Assembly: GCA_001949185.1 (NCBI GenBank)
Contig: BDGG01000016.1
Span: 124,001-188,000, forward strand
DNA from: Ramazzottius varieornatus
Lineage: Eukaryota > Animalia > Tardigrada
Direction: 5' to 3'
DNA length: 64,000 nucleotides
Shown here piece by piece: positions 37,301 through 50,261 of this stretch. The first letter of the stretch is position 1. Each line of letters starts with the position of its first letter. The notes under the pieces were generated by a model that was not told the origin of the DNA, made no database searches, and saw only the letters and a list, made by a program, of their open reading frames with translations. A program made the position numbers and the translations under genes.

Positions 37301-40300
37301 TCTTCCTTGATCGCAATTTCATAAGTAGAGTTCTCGAAGACGGGCGAATGGTCGTTGCGGTCGATGACGTCCACACGAAGTTTCATGGTGGCGTGCTTGG
37401 GCGTGGCGGTACCTAGTTCGATGGCGGCGATGGTTAGGTTGTAGACAGAAGAGGTCTCGTAGTCCAGGGGCTTGTTGATAATAAGCAGGCCAGAGGTACC
37501 ATCAATGTGGAAGTGTTCTTGCCGGGCGCTGGTGATGGCGTACTGGATAGGGCGCTTGTGGCGCGTGTCACGATCGAGGGCAACCGCTTGGAAAATCGCG
37601 TCACCTGTCACCACACTCTCCGGCACGTGAAGGTCCAGTTCGCTCTGACGGAAAGTGGGAGCGTGGTCGTCGCTGTCACCCACTGTTATTGTGATCTGTG
37701 GACAAACAACCCGACGGTTGATTTCATTATTATTTGGCAAAACTCACTCTGGAAACAGACGCGACAAAATTGTTGTCCCAAGTGGCGGACGTTTACAGCT
37801 TTACCAGCTGGAAACGTGCGGCACTTGGAAAGACGATCTTGTCGAGTCAGTTTGCCGAGCTCCCATTTTTGTTTCTGTTTAGAAGTTGTGTACTTTTGTT
37901 TTGTAAGTTTACCTGAGCAGTGTCTTCTCCAGCCTTCGACTTGTGGTGAGCCACTACGTTGAAGACATACACGGCCTTCGTTTCCCGGTCCAACACCCTC
38001 TTCGTTCGAATGACACCCGTTACCGAGTCGACCTCAAACTCTGGCGAACCCGGTAGCTGCATGACGAAAGCCAATCCCACAAGATGTGGCGCAACTTGAA
38101 GTTTACCAGCTGTGCTTCCAACTGGCTCATCCTCAACCACTATGAACTTGTACACTTTGTTCGTGAAGAAGGGCTCTTGACTGTCCACTGTGATGGCCAC
38201 TTGAATGTTGCCCATCAGCAACTTGCTGGATGCTTCACGAACGATCACGTCCAGCTTGTGAAATCCTATGTGCAGCTTCAGAGGCTTCGCAACTCGAATG
38301 AGACCTAAGTGGCGGAACACGATAAGAACAATGTCAGTTACGCACTTATCAGAATATCCATTAGGAAACAGGAAATAAAACAACATTTTAATATTCACCA
38401 GTAATATGTAATTTTCTTTGCTTTGTTTTCAAACAAAAAAGGATTCTGGAATTTATTTCCTCTAGAAAATTTTCCAATGTTGAATGAGGTGAAATCACCA
38501 GAAATGGGTTCCACTTGAAAAAGGTGGTTATCGTTCCCACCGGCGATCGAATAAACGAACTTCCAGCCAAACTGTGCTTCCTCGCTGAGGATTCCCTCTT
38601 CCTCCCCTGCAGGCTTGACTTGCACCACGGGAGTGCCGATTGCCGCCATATTGTGCACACCCGCCGAATATTTGTCTTGTCTTCCATACCTGCTTTTGAA
38701 CACAACCACAGGCGGCAAATAAATTTGCAGAAACGCCGTGGTGCTGGAATTTCCTACAAAGAATGAGACTCCAGTATCCATTCATACCAATTAATATTGA
38801 CTCATTTTCATACGGTGTATGTCAGTGGCTCGTAGCAGCATCTGCCGAATCGGATAACCGCCATTCTCTGTGGTTAGACTCTTGGCCACGCAGAGCTGGC
38901 CTGTTTTGGCGTCAATGCGGAAATGCTCATCGGACCATGCAGTGTCCAGGGCGTAATGAATTTTTCCGCTACTTGAACTGCAGCCCGATCCATCAGCGTG
39001 GACCTGCAAAGCATTCAAGAGCTTAATTAGGCGGTGATTAGTTATGCGGACAACGATCAGAACTGGACATGGATAATCAAGCTTCACACTGTTGTGGAAG
39101 CCCATCTGCAACGATACGAGAGGGACAACTGTCTCTTCCAGAATATTCTTCCGCGTAATCTACTTAGAGCTTAGCCATTCTATAATTGGACCAAATGAGA
39201 AAGTGAATGCTCTGATACCCTTGGGAAGGCCATGCTTGACCCACACACTTTTAGTGTCCATCGCACAAAGTCATGTCCTGGGACTTCCTCCTTCATCCCT
39301 ATTATTATTACATCTCTCCAATTCCTTCCGCAGTTCCGCTCGAAAACACCCTCTGGAACAAAGTCCCGATTGAACCGTGATCGACGCTTGCAACCTCATC
39401 CTGCCGCTCATTTTACGTGTTTTTCTGAAATCCCGAACAGTTTTCGGGAATCTACTTGAAATTACTGAGTGGAAGACAGGGTCTTGGTTTTGCAAAGCCA
39501 AACACAGTCTGAAGTACTCTCGATCTGTTTGTCAAGATGCAAGAAGCCCTGAAGGTTTAGATGGCTATGCTCGATTTAATAGGGAGATTCTAGTGTACTG
39601 TTGAGATGTCTCAATATAGACTCTAATTTGTTTTGCAGGGAATCTCTGGCAAAACACTCTGATGAGAAAGCTGGCATTGAGTGTGATTCTAATTTCCCAT
39701 TATCGTAATTTGAAAGCTATACATTGGACCATTGGCCAGCAGCTGATCCGAACATGCACAACAGCCTTCAGCAAGAAATCAGTATCATGATGATCCCTTG
39801 TGCGACTTCATCCCGAAGCCTGACAAGAACAAGGAGCAGATTGAGGGGGTCACTGTCATTTTTGCGCAACACGTTAAATCAACTGGAAAGATGATTTCTA
39901 ATAAAGCCTTCTCTCTGGGACTTTTTTTGCTCCAGTTAAGCCGCACAATCGTTTCGGAAGGACGAATTGGGGCATTCACTACACTGAACCTTACGATAAA
40001 TCGTTGAAAGATTGGCCCGCACAAAGATCTCACTAAGTCAAGAATGGCCACTCGACATTTCCGGTGTCGAAGCAGGACAAGAAGCTATTCAATAAGCGCC
40101 ATCAAATTGCCCAACTTTGTCTTGCTTTGTCAAGTCGCCTGGAAGAAGCCATTCAACTTTCTCGTCCGCACTCCAGAGAGATCTGGACCAGATCTGTCGA
40201 GTTTCTTTAAGCCCTAACAAGGACTCAAAAATTACAAATTTGAGTCATTTCAAGACTGGAGGAAACCGAAAGCAGAAACGCTTTGCAGGGAATGGGAGAA

Positions 40301-43300
40301 CAAAATCGAATTTCTGTCACAAATTGACAAACACTGTCAACAAGTTTGATACGTCGATTTACTCGGCTATCATGCCGATCGCTTGTTCTGAAATATTAAG
40401 CTCATCCTAAGCGACTTTAATTATTGAGATTGTCCACCCTGCCACCGTCATTGTCCAATGTTCATCAATCGATCGTAGAAGCTTCGACCAGGTCCCCGGA
40501 AAACTTCCCGCACGGAGCCGACACGCCATGGCAGCAGAAGTCCGTTTCACGAGAAGGCCTGCCTTCGGTTCAGTTGACCACAGGTCAATCCTCTCCACAC
40601 TGAAGTTCTGTTAAGCGCTTAAGTGTTTCCTCTAAACTTAGCCGCGCAGACTGCGGTCGTTTTGAAAATTACTAATCCTGTATTGAAAATTTCTCATTTT
40701 CTCGCACAAAGCTCCATTGTCCGTGCTTCCTTCCTCAGTGAAGAAGCACACTGGTAAAGGTGGCTTCAGAGTTGAGCATCGTGTTGAAGGAGCATCGAAG
40801 CATGGCGGTTCAGCGGCAGCCTTAGGTAATGATCGCTGATGAACGACCAGAGTCCACCGCAACGTCCAAAGTGCCAAACATGCTCGTTTCACGCTTCCAT
40901 CCACCCAAAAGCGAGAAAACACCTTTTCATGTCCCGATATTAAAGCCTTGGTAAACATTAATCTGGTATGCAATCCTGTAAGAAACCTCTAAGGTCTAAT
41001 CACGCTTCGCTTGACGTAATCTTAATGAGTCTGTAGTGCTGCGAGTTCATCACATTCAAGTTTCCTCGTTTGCACAACAAGCTTCGTCTGCCCCAGCAAG
41101 GAACAGAGTACGAAGACATTTTTCAATTTGACAGTTGCGGCATCGATCTGGGCTAACGTCCTCATGAATTATTCTGGATCAAATATTCTGTCATAGAAAT
41201 GTGAAACTTTGACAATGATGAGAATGTCAGGCGCGACAATCCCATCATCACCCCCAAAACCAATCAGTTCACTGTAACCAAGAAGGCGCCATTCTCTTTG
41301 GTCTTCCAGCTCGGTTCTCCCTTATCTAGAAACCAAATCCTATTTGCCCTGGAATTAAAATTTCCTGTTCGAAAGGAGGGCTCTCGTTTGTCTCCAAACT
41401 TATGGTCACCTGAAACTTGCGAAACAGTACCCTGCGAAAAACCCCCGGTCGAAATGATTCTACCAATTTTGAATAGTCGATTGTCAATTGGGAACTTCGG
41501 TTGTGGAACTTCCTCGTTTCGAACTTGCACAGTTATGAGTCTGAAATTTCAATCGGGCCGTTATTTCTGAACTGAGAGAACTGCAGGTTCAATAAAGCCG
41601 TGTTCGAGAGAAGCTGTAACGTCCACTTAGTAATCTTCCACGACTGATCAACGAAGCAACGGTCAAATAACCGTAAAACCAGACTTCGCCTCGTTCTCCC
41701 TATTGTCAGTTATCAGTGTAGAACGCCATAAACGACTGCACTAATATTCTTCTGGATCGTTATCGGGACCTCACCAAATATTCATCCATTCCTTCTGCCC
41801 ATTGACTCTATGTCAGGACCGTTCAGGCTAGAGTGACCGCCGGATGAGAAGTACGCGACAGGTAGTAAATAACTCGTTCAGACATCCCAGGCGACTCTCA
41901 AACAGATTAGAAATTTCTGTCTCTAATCTCCTCGTTAGAAAATGGTTCCTCTCTGATCTGAAGTGAGACAACATGATTAAGTCTGAATGCGATAGGGCTT
42001 CCAAAGATAGGATTTGCAAGGCTTTATCACATTTCGTCTGGAATTAGGCGCAAACCAAAACATGGATAAAAACGTTTATTCGGCGAGCCGATGGGAACAG
42101 ATTTCCTCCACTAGGACGAAGAATATTATTTCTAGCTGTACGACGGACAAAAACCTGGAATTTTCGGAGTGCACAAAGGCCGAAGGAGATCACCCATGCT
42201 GAACGCCTGTATGTGCTAATTTCTTTCTTTTATTCCGCAAATATTTCCTCAGCGTCAGAAAATGAGAACGGATGTCGCCGTTTTCCCTTCCATAAATTGA
42301 ACAACAACGACAGCCGTCTCGAATGAAAACTGGCGCGGCGAAGTATTTGCTCAGCTTCCTTTCCATGTGGTGCTTCCACCGAAAGCTAGCTACCAAAATA
42401 TTAATGTCATTTCAGTCACTTTCTCGTATTCTGCCACCGATCAAAAGACTGAATCAACAACACAATATTTTAGCAAATACTTCAGCCGGCAATACACCCA
42501 TTCTCCGTCCTTCTCAATCTGTCGTTGCGGCAATAGTCAACACAAACCATACAAGACTTGGAACAATTATCCAGTAAAGAGCCCAAACTGCGCTGCCGGT
42601 AGCATTATTCCCCATTTGACTTCACACAAGGCTAATTGCACCTTCATTTACTCCCACAGGTTTATTTTCCTTTTCTTCTCCAACACTCCTGCTGCCTCAT
42701 CAAAAGCCAAAGAAGCCTGTATCGTCAGATTAAACACCCAAACTTGCACATCTGGCAGATTTTCCGACCGGGAAGATCGAGTTTCCCTGTGTTGCTGAAT
42801 GTTGACCACTGTCCAGTACGCAGACTTGCTTTGCCGGATCCAGTAGCGCAGTGGACACACACCTGCCTACCGATCCTTCCGTCTCGGTTCGAACCCTCAT
42901 TCAACCACTTTTTAACCAAAAACCCTAAACATCTGCCATCTGTAATTTTGTACCAAGTTTTTTTTCTTGGTTTACCGCTCACCAAGATTACTCCTGTGAG
43001 GTTTAAGGTGGTTTTGTGTGGAGCCGAAAGTATCGATTGCGGACAAATTCCTGACTAAAAGGCCAAGAAGGTCAATTATCCGCTGGGCTAGCGGCACTAA
43101 TCCTCGAACCACAGTACGAAGCCCGTCTGCCGTGGTGATTGTAAGCTTAAGTCCAGCCTGGAAATGCAAAGCTTGGAAGCATGTGGTAAATGGTCGGAAA
43201 AAGGACTAGCCATTGAAGGTGGCCGGTTGCCAGCATGGCGATTTCCTTAATCCCCATCGTCCCTATTGTTTTCACCGGTCGAGTGGAAGATTAAAACCTG

Positions 43301-46300
43301 CCCGCATGACGGCGCCTTGCTCGCTCCATCCTCCATCCGCAAAAACGACAAACTTCACCACGGTAAACTTCGCTTTATTCAACTAGGAAAAATCCTAACG
43401 AAGTAAGGGAAGCAAACGCACTCAAAGTCAAATACTCCCTGTTGAAAGCTCTTTTGTCTTTGTCTTGATCCGTTCGCTACCGCAAAAGGGTAAACATGTA
43501 ACCTAAGAGGAACGTCCGGAAGACGGCATAAACAAACATCACATAGGGTAAATATACCTCAGATAACAAGTAAACCTTATTCAGTTAATTAATGGGAACG
43601 TCGGTAAATGATTTCGCCCGGTTCGTTATATCAGGTAGCGCACGTTGTCGTTGCTATTGGCCAAAATCGTGCGCCACTTGGAAAAACGATCTCGGTGAAT
43701 CCATTTGCCGACGTCCCTACACAGTAATATTAGACAGTAATATTTTAACAAGTCGCGGAAGGCAAACAGCCAACGGTCAAAATTGTGTGAATCTGCTTTG
43801 AGTGTTTTGACTGGATAATAAATTGCTAACGTGATAACCATGCTCGTAAATCATGCCTGACAAAATAGACGCGCAAGCTCATCTCATTATGAAATCCCCA
43901 ATGCAACTCTTCTCTAGCCTTTCCACACATGTTTCCTCCGATAAAAGACAAGTGATGAACCCTGACCACGACCTTGTCACCCATCCTGATTACCCTTTTC
44001 GAAATGCCGCCTCGTGCAAAACAAATAATCTTACTGTTTGGAAGATTTTGAATGATTCCAAGCAGACGCCGGCTTTCCACTCCAACGAGTCCCACAGTTG
44101 GCCAGTACGGCATTCCGGAAAAGCAATCCAGCGGAACCCTTCTTTTGTTCTAAACTGCCATTTTCTGCTTGGTCAGATTCGCCACATGCCTACACCTTTC
44201 TTTACCTAAATGACTCAAAGTCTAAAACTCGAATAGAAAACCCACAAAAACTACCAATTAGCGATTAATTTCACAAAAATACCACCTTCTGCGTTTCGCT
44301 TTCTCACCGTATCTTCAAATTTTCAATCTCAACTTAGTTTAGCGAGGAACCAGTTTGGCGGGTAAGGATCGATTTACGAATGCGACGAAAGCCTAAGAGC
44401 GACACAAACAGGTTGCCGTTTTATGGTCTTCCTTCTTCCCATTGAATAATATTTACGACAAATCAAGATCTGTTAATGATTATTACATTATAGAGCATGG
44501 TGGTCGATTGACCATCTACGGTCTTTAGGCCTTTTTACGACGTGCAGGCCAACTTCGCATAAAGGCTCGCGATGGTCATTCCACGTTTACAGCTTGGAGC
44601 ATTTCCTCTATAATCCAACACTGGACAATATTGTACAATCTGTCAAGTATGTTCACTATGCGACTTTGTTGACTTCTCGTCGACGCCGACTTGGGTGGCG
44701 AAGGCACTGCTTCTCTGAATTTAAAATTGATCCAGATTTCTCATGGCACTTGGGCGATCTGGTGTTGCTCACTTGAATAACATCAAAGCCCAGCGATCAA
44801 TGGGACATGACCAAAGGAATGCTTCGGAAGCTTTGTGACTTGTTCTCGAGGGTCACCCGAATTATCGCTCTCGTACACAAGCCCCTCTTTTCACCCAAAG
44901 ATCATTCATTGCCCACACAGACGCTAACCAGATCAGTCCAATTTGACTTCGCCCAGCTGCTATCCCAAAATATTTTAAATTCGATAAAACAAGTGAATAC
45001 ATTGAATCAGTGAAATTTTCGCTCGCAGGAACGGTCACTCTAGGCCTTGTTTCAGACATACGTGACGTGGGCAAATGAACTGAGCTGGATCGTTTCAGGT
45101 GACGCACATTTTCATTGTTTCGGGCTCGAAGAGTGCGCCACTTGGAAAACGATTTTTTCAACTCCTTTACTCACGTCGCATATGGCCAGTACCTCCTGTC
45201 TCGGATTTTCCAATTATGCAAAAAGCCCTTTATGATTTGTATGGATGTGCGGTAAAGGTAAACACCATCAAGCCGCACTTTCAAAATATCTCCTCATCCT
45301 GTCACTAACCAAGGCGGTGGCGGTGATGGGGAGGAGATAATGATGGGAGCAATTGACCAGCCGAAAGACAACTCACTCTATTCTGTACCACTGTGTGCAA
45401 TTCGACAAAAGCTTTGAATTATTGATAAAGGATGGCTGGCATGCAAAAGGCAGGAAGTGAAAAGGATTAGAGGCAATGTGGTTATTGTCGAGCCTGCAAA
45501 TGCACGCCACCGGCCATTTTCCTGTTTGAAAACAAGCTTCGATCGACAGAGCGATACAGTCGCATTACTGACAAGTTTCCCGACAAGCTACCGAAAGTTT
45601 CCCTTGCCAAATCATCCTGATCGCCAACGAAATCAATTAATGTTCCAGCGTTCAAGCATGAACCTTCGAGGACGTTCCCGAAGTCGGCAAGTTGCAACCA
45701 AGAAGACTCCCTTTCTGACGCCATATCATATCACAAAAGGAAACCCGCCTAGCACCCAATAGTCACTGCGACAACATCTCGCGATACGGCTAACGGACCG
45801 CCCAAAGACTCGGTGACCGGAGGTCCGGAGTTCTAACCTCCAGATTCGCGCGTTAGCTTTAGGTTTTCTTTTTCAAGAACAGGTTTGCTCACTAATTTAC
45901 TTTGGCTCTTTTTTTTACTTCATGCTTGTCAGCACGTTCTCGCTTCCGCCGTTTTGACATTTTGGTGTCAATACGGTCATCACGATGACTATAACCACAG
46001 CAGGAAAAACACATCTGTCCACCCCATTAATCTCAAATAACCAAAATATTTCCTCGGCATTCTTCCTTGTCCGAATTTCAAAATTCGGCCACGAGAATAT
46101 TTGTGTATCCTAATTGCGATATGTAATTGTGGTCATTATGTTGTTGATGCCCTATGCATTGCATGTCGGTGATAATTGGTACTTGTACAGCAGGAGAAGA
46201 CACACTGTCGAGGAGCTCAGATTGCAGCCATAATGGAGGCACATGTTGTCCCTAATGCATGCTCTTCCTTAAATTACCAAACTCTGCCACAGAAATGCGA

Positions 46301-49300
46301 GCCTTTAAAACCACTACCTACTGATTCAACTATGCAAATATCAACACACTACAGGGATAGTTTCATGGTCATTGGACCAGCTGGCACATATAGTCGCCAA
46401 GGCCTCAAAAGCCAAAGCGGCGTAATTTGAGCTTGCGAGATGGCAGAACGGAATCATTGGAATCGTTGGGAAAAGCCATCGCAATCCATCGTGGCGTATA
46501 TTGGCTTATACACCCGGATTAACGATGAATACATTCTGTTTGGATAGACATTTTCCCATCTCTTGGAAAAATTAAGCCATTAAAAGATAAGTTCAGAAAA
46601 ATGGAGAAAATATTCCGAAACTGATTTTCCGGTTGGCGAAACTAGATCAGTTACAGAACCGTTTTGTTTCGCAGATATTCTTCCATTAATAATCGCACGC
46701 AAACGTCCCATCAATCACTCAACGTCAGTTTGTTTCCTGTATAGTTTCGGATTTTGCCTTCATTATCCTCTGTATCGTCTTTCTGTATCGCTTGTACTTC
46801 ATTAGCACAAAGGTGTTGCTATCAAGTGACAAAAAAGTGCCGGTACTGCAGCAAGTGGCCATTACCATCACGGAAACGGAATTAATTACAGTCGTTCGCC
46901 TTCCCTGATTAATGCTAGACCGATCTCCCGTGGAGATGGCCAGTCTCACCAAAACGACAACCATTCCCCCTTCCTAATCTGATCAACATCATGTCCAGAC
47001 AAACCAAGACAAACCACACATTGAAAGAAAACCTGCCAGTCAACCCAAATGGTCACCGCATACGGCCCCCGCATTCGCGTTTTTCATCCACCTACCTACA
47101 TACCAGGGACCGCTGCTACATCACGACACGGTGCATGCAAGTGTGTGAACGACCTTCATTTCCGGCTTGCGGTCCTATTTCGGCGGACTTTCGACAGTCA
47201 AATCTTCCCACTCTCCACACAAAAATTAACTACACCATTTACACGGCTCATATACGGGACTGTCAAAACTCAAGCCGGTACTTTGTTCAGTGAAGGCGCC
47301 ACAAAAGACACAACACGCTGTTTCACAGCTTGTTTCAATGGCGTCCTATAGTTCTTACGCCTTACCTTGAGAAAACAGTTTCCGACGTGAACATCTTCCG
47401 CTTGAAGTGTCACATTGTAGAAGGGCTTTTCGAAGACCGGTAGAACATCGCTGTCCGAGCGGAAGGACAATCGCAGGGCAGCTGTCGACGTCAGTGAAGG
47501 GACACCTCTGTCGCGTACTCCAATAATCATATCCTCGCTGTGTTCAACTACATAAAATTCTATATGAATTTCATGAATATTCCTCTCAAACCTAATTAGA
47601 CCCCTACAATACTCGCTATTAAAATTATGTATCTGCTTTTGATATATAACTTTTTTACAAGTTCTTAGAAATGCAGGAATTTTACAAGATTATTTTTCTC
47701 TATTTCATTAAAGCCCTCTTGGGCCGAAAGCGCTTCCATCAAACCTTCACATTCCCAGGAAAGTGTGCTGCTGACCACACCACTGACAGGGTCGACCTTC
47801 AGCTTCCCCAGCTTATCGTTTAGCAGGAAGTATTCCAACTGAGCATTCGCTCCTTCGTCGCGATCAGTGGCGCGAACATGTAGCAGCACATTAGCGTTAT
47901 CCACAGTTTCCGAAGTCTCGATCTCGTAGGAGGAGTTCTCAAACTTAGGATTGTTGTCGTTCACATCTAAGACATGGTCGGATCAACGAAATCAATTACC
48001 AGAAGTTTGTGGAAGCATTTTACTTTTACCGATGACGAAGATAATGATGGTTTTCTCAGTGGTCAGCGCCGGTTGACCCCCGTCCGAAGCAAGCAGAGTG
48101 ACCGTATAATTCTTGGCTTCTTCGTAATCCAGCAGTGTCTTGGTGCGCAGGATATACACAGTTGATGATTCTTGCATCAGTTCAAACTTGTCGACGGCAG
48201 CTGTCAAGTTCAACATGAGTTTTGACGAGTCCACCAAGGCCTCCTCATCACTCACCGACAAACGAGCCACAAAGTGTCCCACTGGAGCATCTTCGACAAT
48301 ATACCTAAAGGGCAAAGTCAGAGAATATGCCGACTACTTCTTTAGTTTTATACTCTGAATTGAGTGTCAGGATTGAAGTTTTAGCGACTTTCAAGCACCT
48401 ACATGCAAGGGACCGCTTGTTTAGCCCGATAAGCAGTATGCAGGTGGGTGGAATCACCAGCATTTTGTTTACCGATCTCTCAGTTATTATAGGACATTAT
48501 TTTCAGAAAGAATTTCGCCATCGCTTACCCGCTGCCGTTGTTGAGAAAGACGACGCCAATCTGTGGGGCTTGATCGTTAACGTTGATGATGTCGATGTAA
48601 ACAAAGGCCGAGCTCTCCAGGACCTGCGTGCCATTGTCACGAGCCGTGACGACCAGCTCGTACGAAGCTTTATTCTCATAATCCAGAACCTTGTTCAGCG
48701 TAAGGACGCCCGTCGACGGGTCAATCTCGAAAAACACTTCGGAGTCGGACTGGCGACGGTTGATCGAGTACTGAATATGGGCGTTTGTTCCCAAGTCGGC
48801 ATCTGTCGCTTCCACCTTCACAAAACGAAACTCAAACATAGTCTTACCGAACGATATTCTCTTAAAATATCGTTTTTCTAGTAGAAAAAACCAGTTTTTT
48901 CTATCTGGGTGAAGTTCATTTGTAAGAGCTCGGCAAACAAGTCGGCAAAATTCCTTTCCCAAGTGGCGCGCGATTTTAGTGTTACTGGCTGGAATAGTGC
49001 GCCACTGGAAACTATGATCTTTTCGAGTTTGTTTACATAGGTCACATTTTGTAATTCCGAAAAACTTGATATATCATGCCATCTTGATGGTTTACCTTGA
49101 GAACGGTAGTTCCAATGGTGGCATTTTCCATGACGGAAGCATAATAGCGGCTTTCTCCAAACAGTGGCGTATTGTCATTATCATCCTACAATTAAACAAG
49201 ATTAATTTGTTTACACGCAGAAGACAGAATTCAAAAACACCCGTTCAAAATTACCTCGAGAGTGATGTCGACCATCAGGCGTCCACTCCGAGGTGGATTT

Positions 49301-50261
49301 CCGCCGTCAAAAGCTTCGACGGTGAGGAGATAGTACTCAATGGTCTCACGGTCCAGAACGCCATTGATTTCCAGATCCAAGTACAGAATGCCGTCGCGTC
49401 CTCGTCGCGAGGACAGGCGAAAGACGTTGTTAATGTTACCGGAAACGATTTCGTAGCGTTGCGTGGTGTTGATCCCCACGTCGGCATCGGTGGCCGGCGG
49501 GAGACTTCGTCGCGAATCCCGCGGCTGGCTCTCGCTAAACTGAATCTTGACCAACTCTAAAACACCAAGAAAACCCAATCAAAAGCATGCCCAAAACAAA
49601 ATCAAGTTTCAAAACTCTGCTGATAAACCAGAACCGCTTGAGAAACATGCACAAATATCCAGCAAAAAATATGATGACGTCGAGGTTTGAATTTTTTCTG
49701 TTGCATTTTAATTTGAAATAATTTGAGAGTTTGTCAACGAGCAATGCTTATTCCGCTCATCAGATTGACGTAGGAATTTCGTTTTTTATATGTGACTATG
49801 TGAAAATATACCTTCTCTGAAAACTGGGCTGTGGTCGTTGATGTCCCTGACGGTGACCTTGACGCGGATATTGGATCCACCCATCAGAGGGACCGCCATG
49901 AAGGAGTAAAAGTCCGTCACTTCGCGGTCCAGCGCAATTCTAGCCCGAATCTCGCCCGTGTTCTCGTTGATGGCCAGATCGCGATCGACATTCTCTTGGT
50001 AGGACATGATAATATAGGGCGGTTTGGGAATTTCTTCTAAAACCAAATCTGAATTTTGCTATATTCAATATTTCAGTTCGGATAACTCAATTTCCTATTA
50101 CCTTGCGAGATCGAGGCGGACACGTCGATTCTACCGATGAGCGTTCCAGGTGACGTCCCTTCGTCCACCACAAAGTCTTGCATGATATCGGCGCAAGATG
50201 ACCGCAATGAGGCCAGCAGCACCAACAACACACCGTGGACAATTATCCACAGATGCTCCAT
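28390..50261 (-). CDS. ds: Dachsous-like giant protocadherin (~30 exons, ~3,200 aa by rough exon sum)
   Basis: Signal peptide at 50261 and many cadherin repeats (LDRE/LDYE, DxNDNxPxF, AxDxDxG). Ds-type EC2 reads FRLSSRRGRDGILYLDLEINGVLDRE. TM segment VIIGVAVGIVVLVVVLLLTAALCV. Ds-type intracellular motifs SSSGRGSAEDDEV and FDYLLWYPEYYGQMAAVYAEIA. Confidence 0.92.
29607..29731. repeat. Family A palindromic element (ds intron), best-preserved termini
   Basis: tgggagctcggtaaa...caagtggcgcac-N25-gtgcgccacttg...tttgccgagctccca. Confidence 0.9.
30345..30466. repeat. Family B ~47-bp inverted-motif unit, tandem dimer (ds intron)
   Basis: cctgcatac...gtgtatgtag and cttgcatac...gtgtatgcagg. Related units at ~34491-34537, 37156-37201 and 48398-48444. 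Confidence 0.55.
33845..33960. repeat. Family A palindromic element (ds intron)
   Basis: caagtggcgcac-N25-gtgcgccggtta. Confidence 0.75.
37745..37865. repeat. Family A palindromic element (ds intron)
   Basis: caagtggcggac-N25-gtgcggcacttg...tttgccgagctccca. Confidence 0.85.
43593..43717. repeat. Family A palindromic element (large ds intron)
   Basis: acgtcggtaaa...caggtagcgcac-N25-gtgcgccacttg...tttgccgacgt. Confidence 0.85.
45063..45160. repeat. Family A palindromic element (large ds intron)
   Basis: caggtgacgcac-N25-gtgcgccacttgg. Confidence 0.8.
45780..45850 (+). pseudogene. Possible degenerate tRNA / tRNA-derived SINE head
   Basis: About 71 nt with pairing ends cgcga...tcgcg, a T-arm/B-box-like ggagttctaacctcc hairpin and a downstream T-run. 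D and anticodon arms are poor. Confidence 0.25.
48925..49040. repeat. Family A palindromic element (ds intron)
   Basis: gagctcggcaaac...caagtggcgcgc-N25-gtgcgccactgg. Confidence 0.85.

Noticed and set aside
29780-50040. Plus-strand ORFs overlapping cadherin exons
   Set aside because: They are antisense shadows of ds codon usage.
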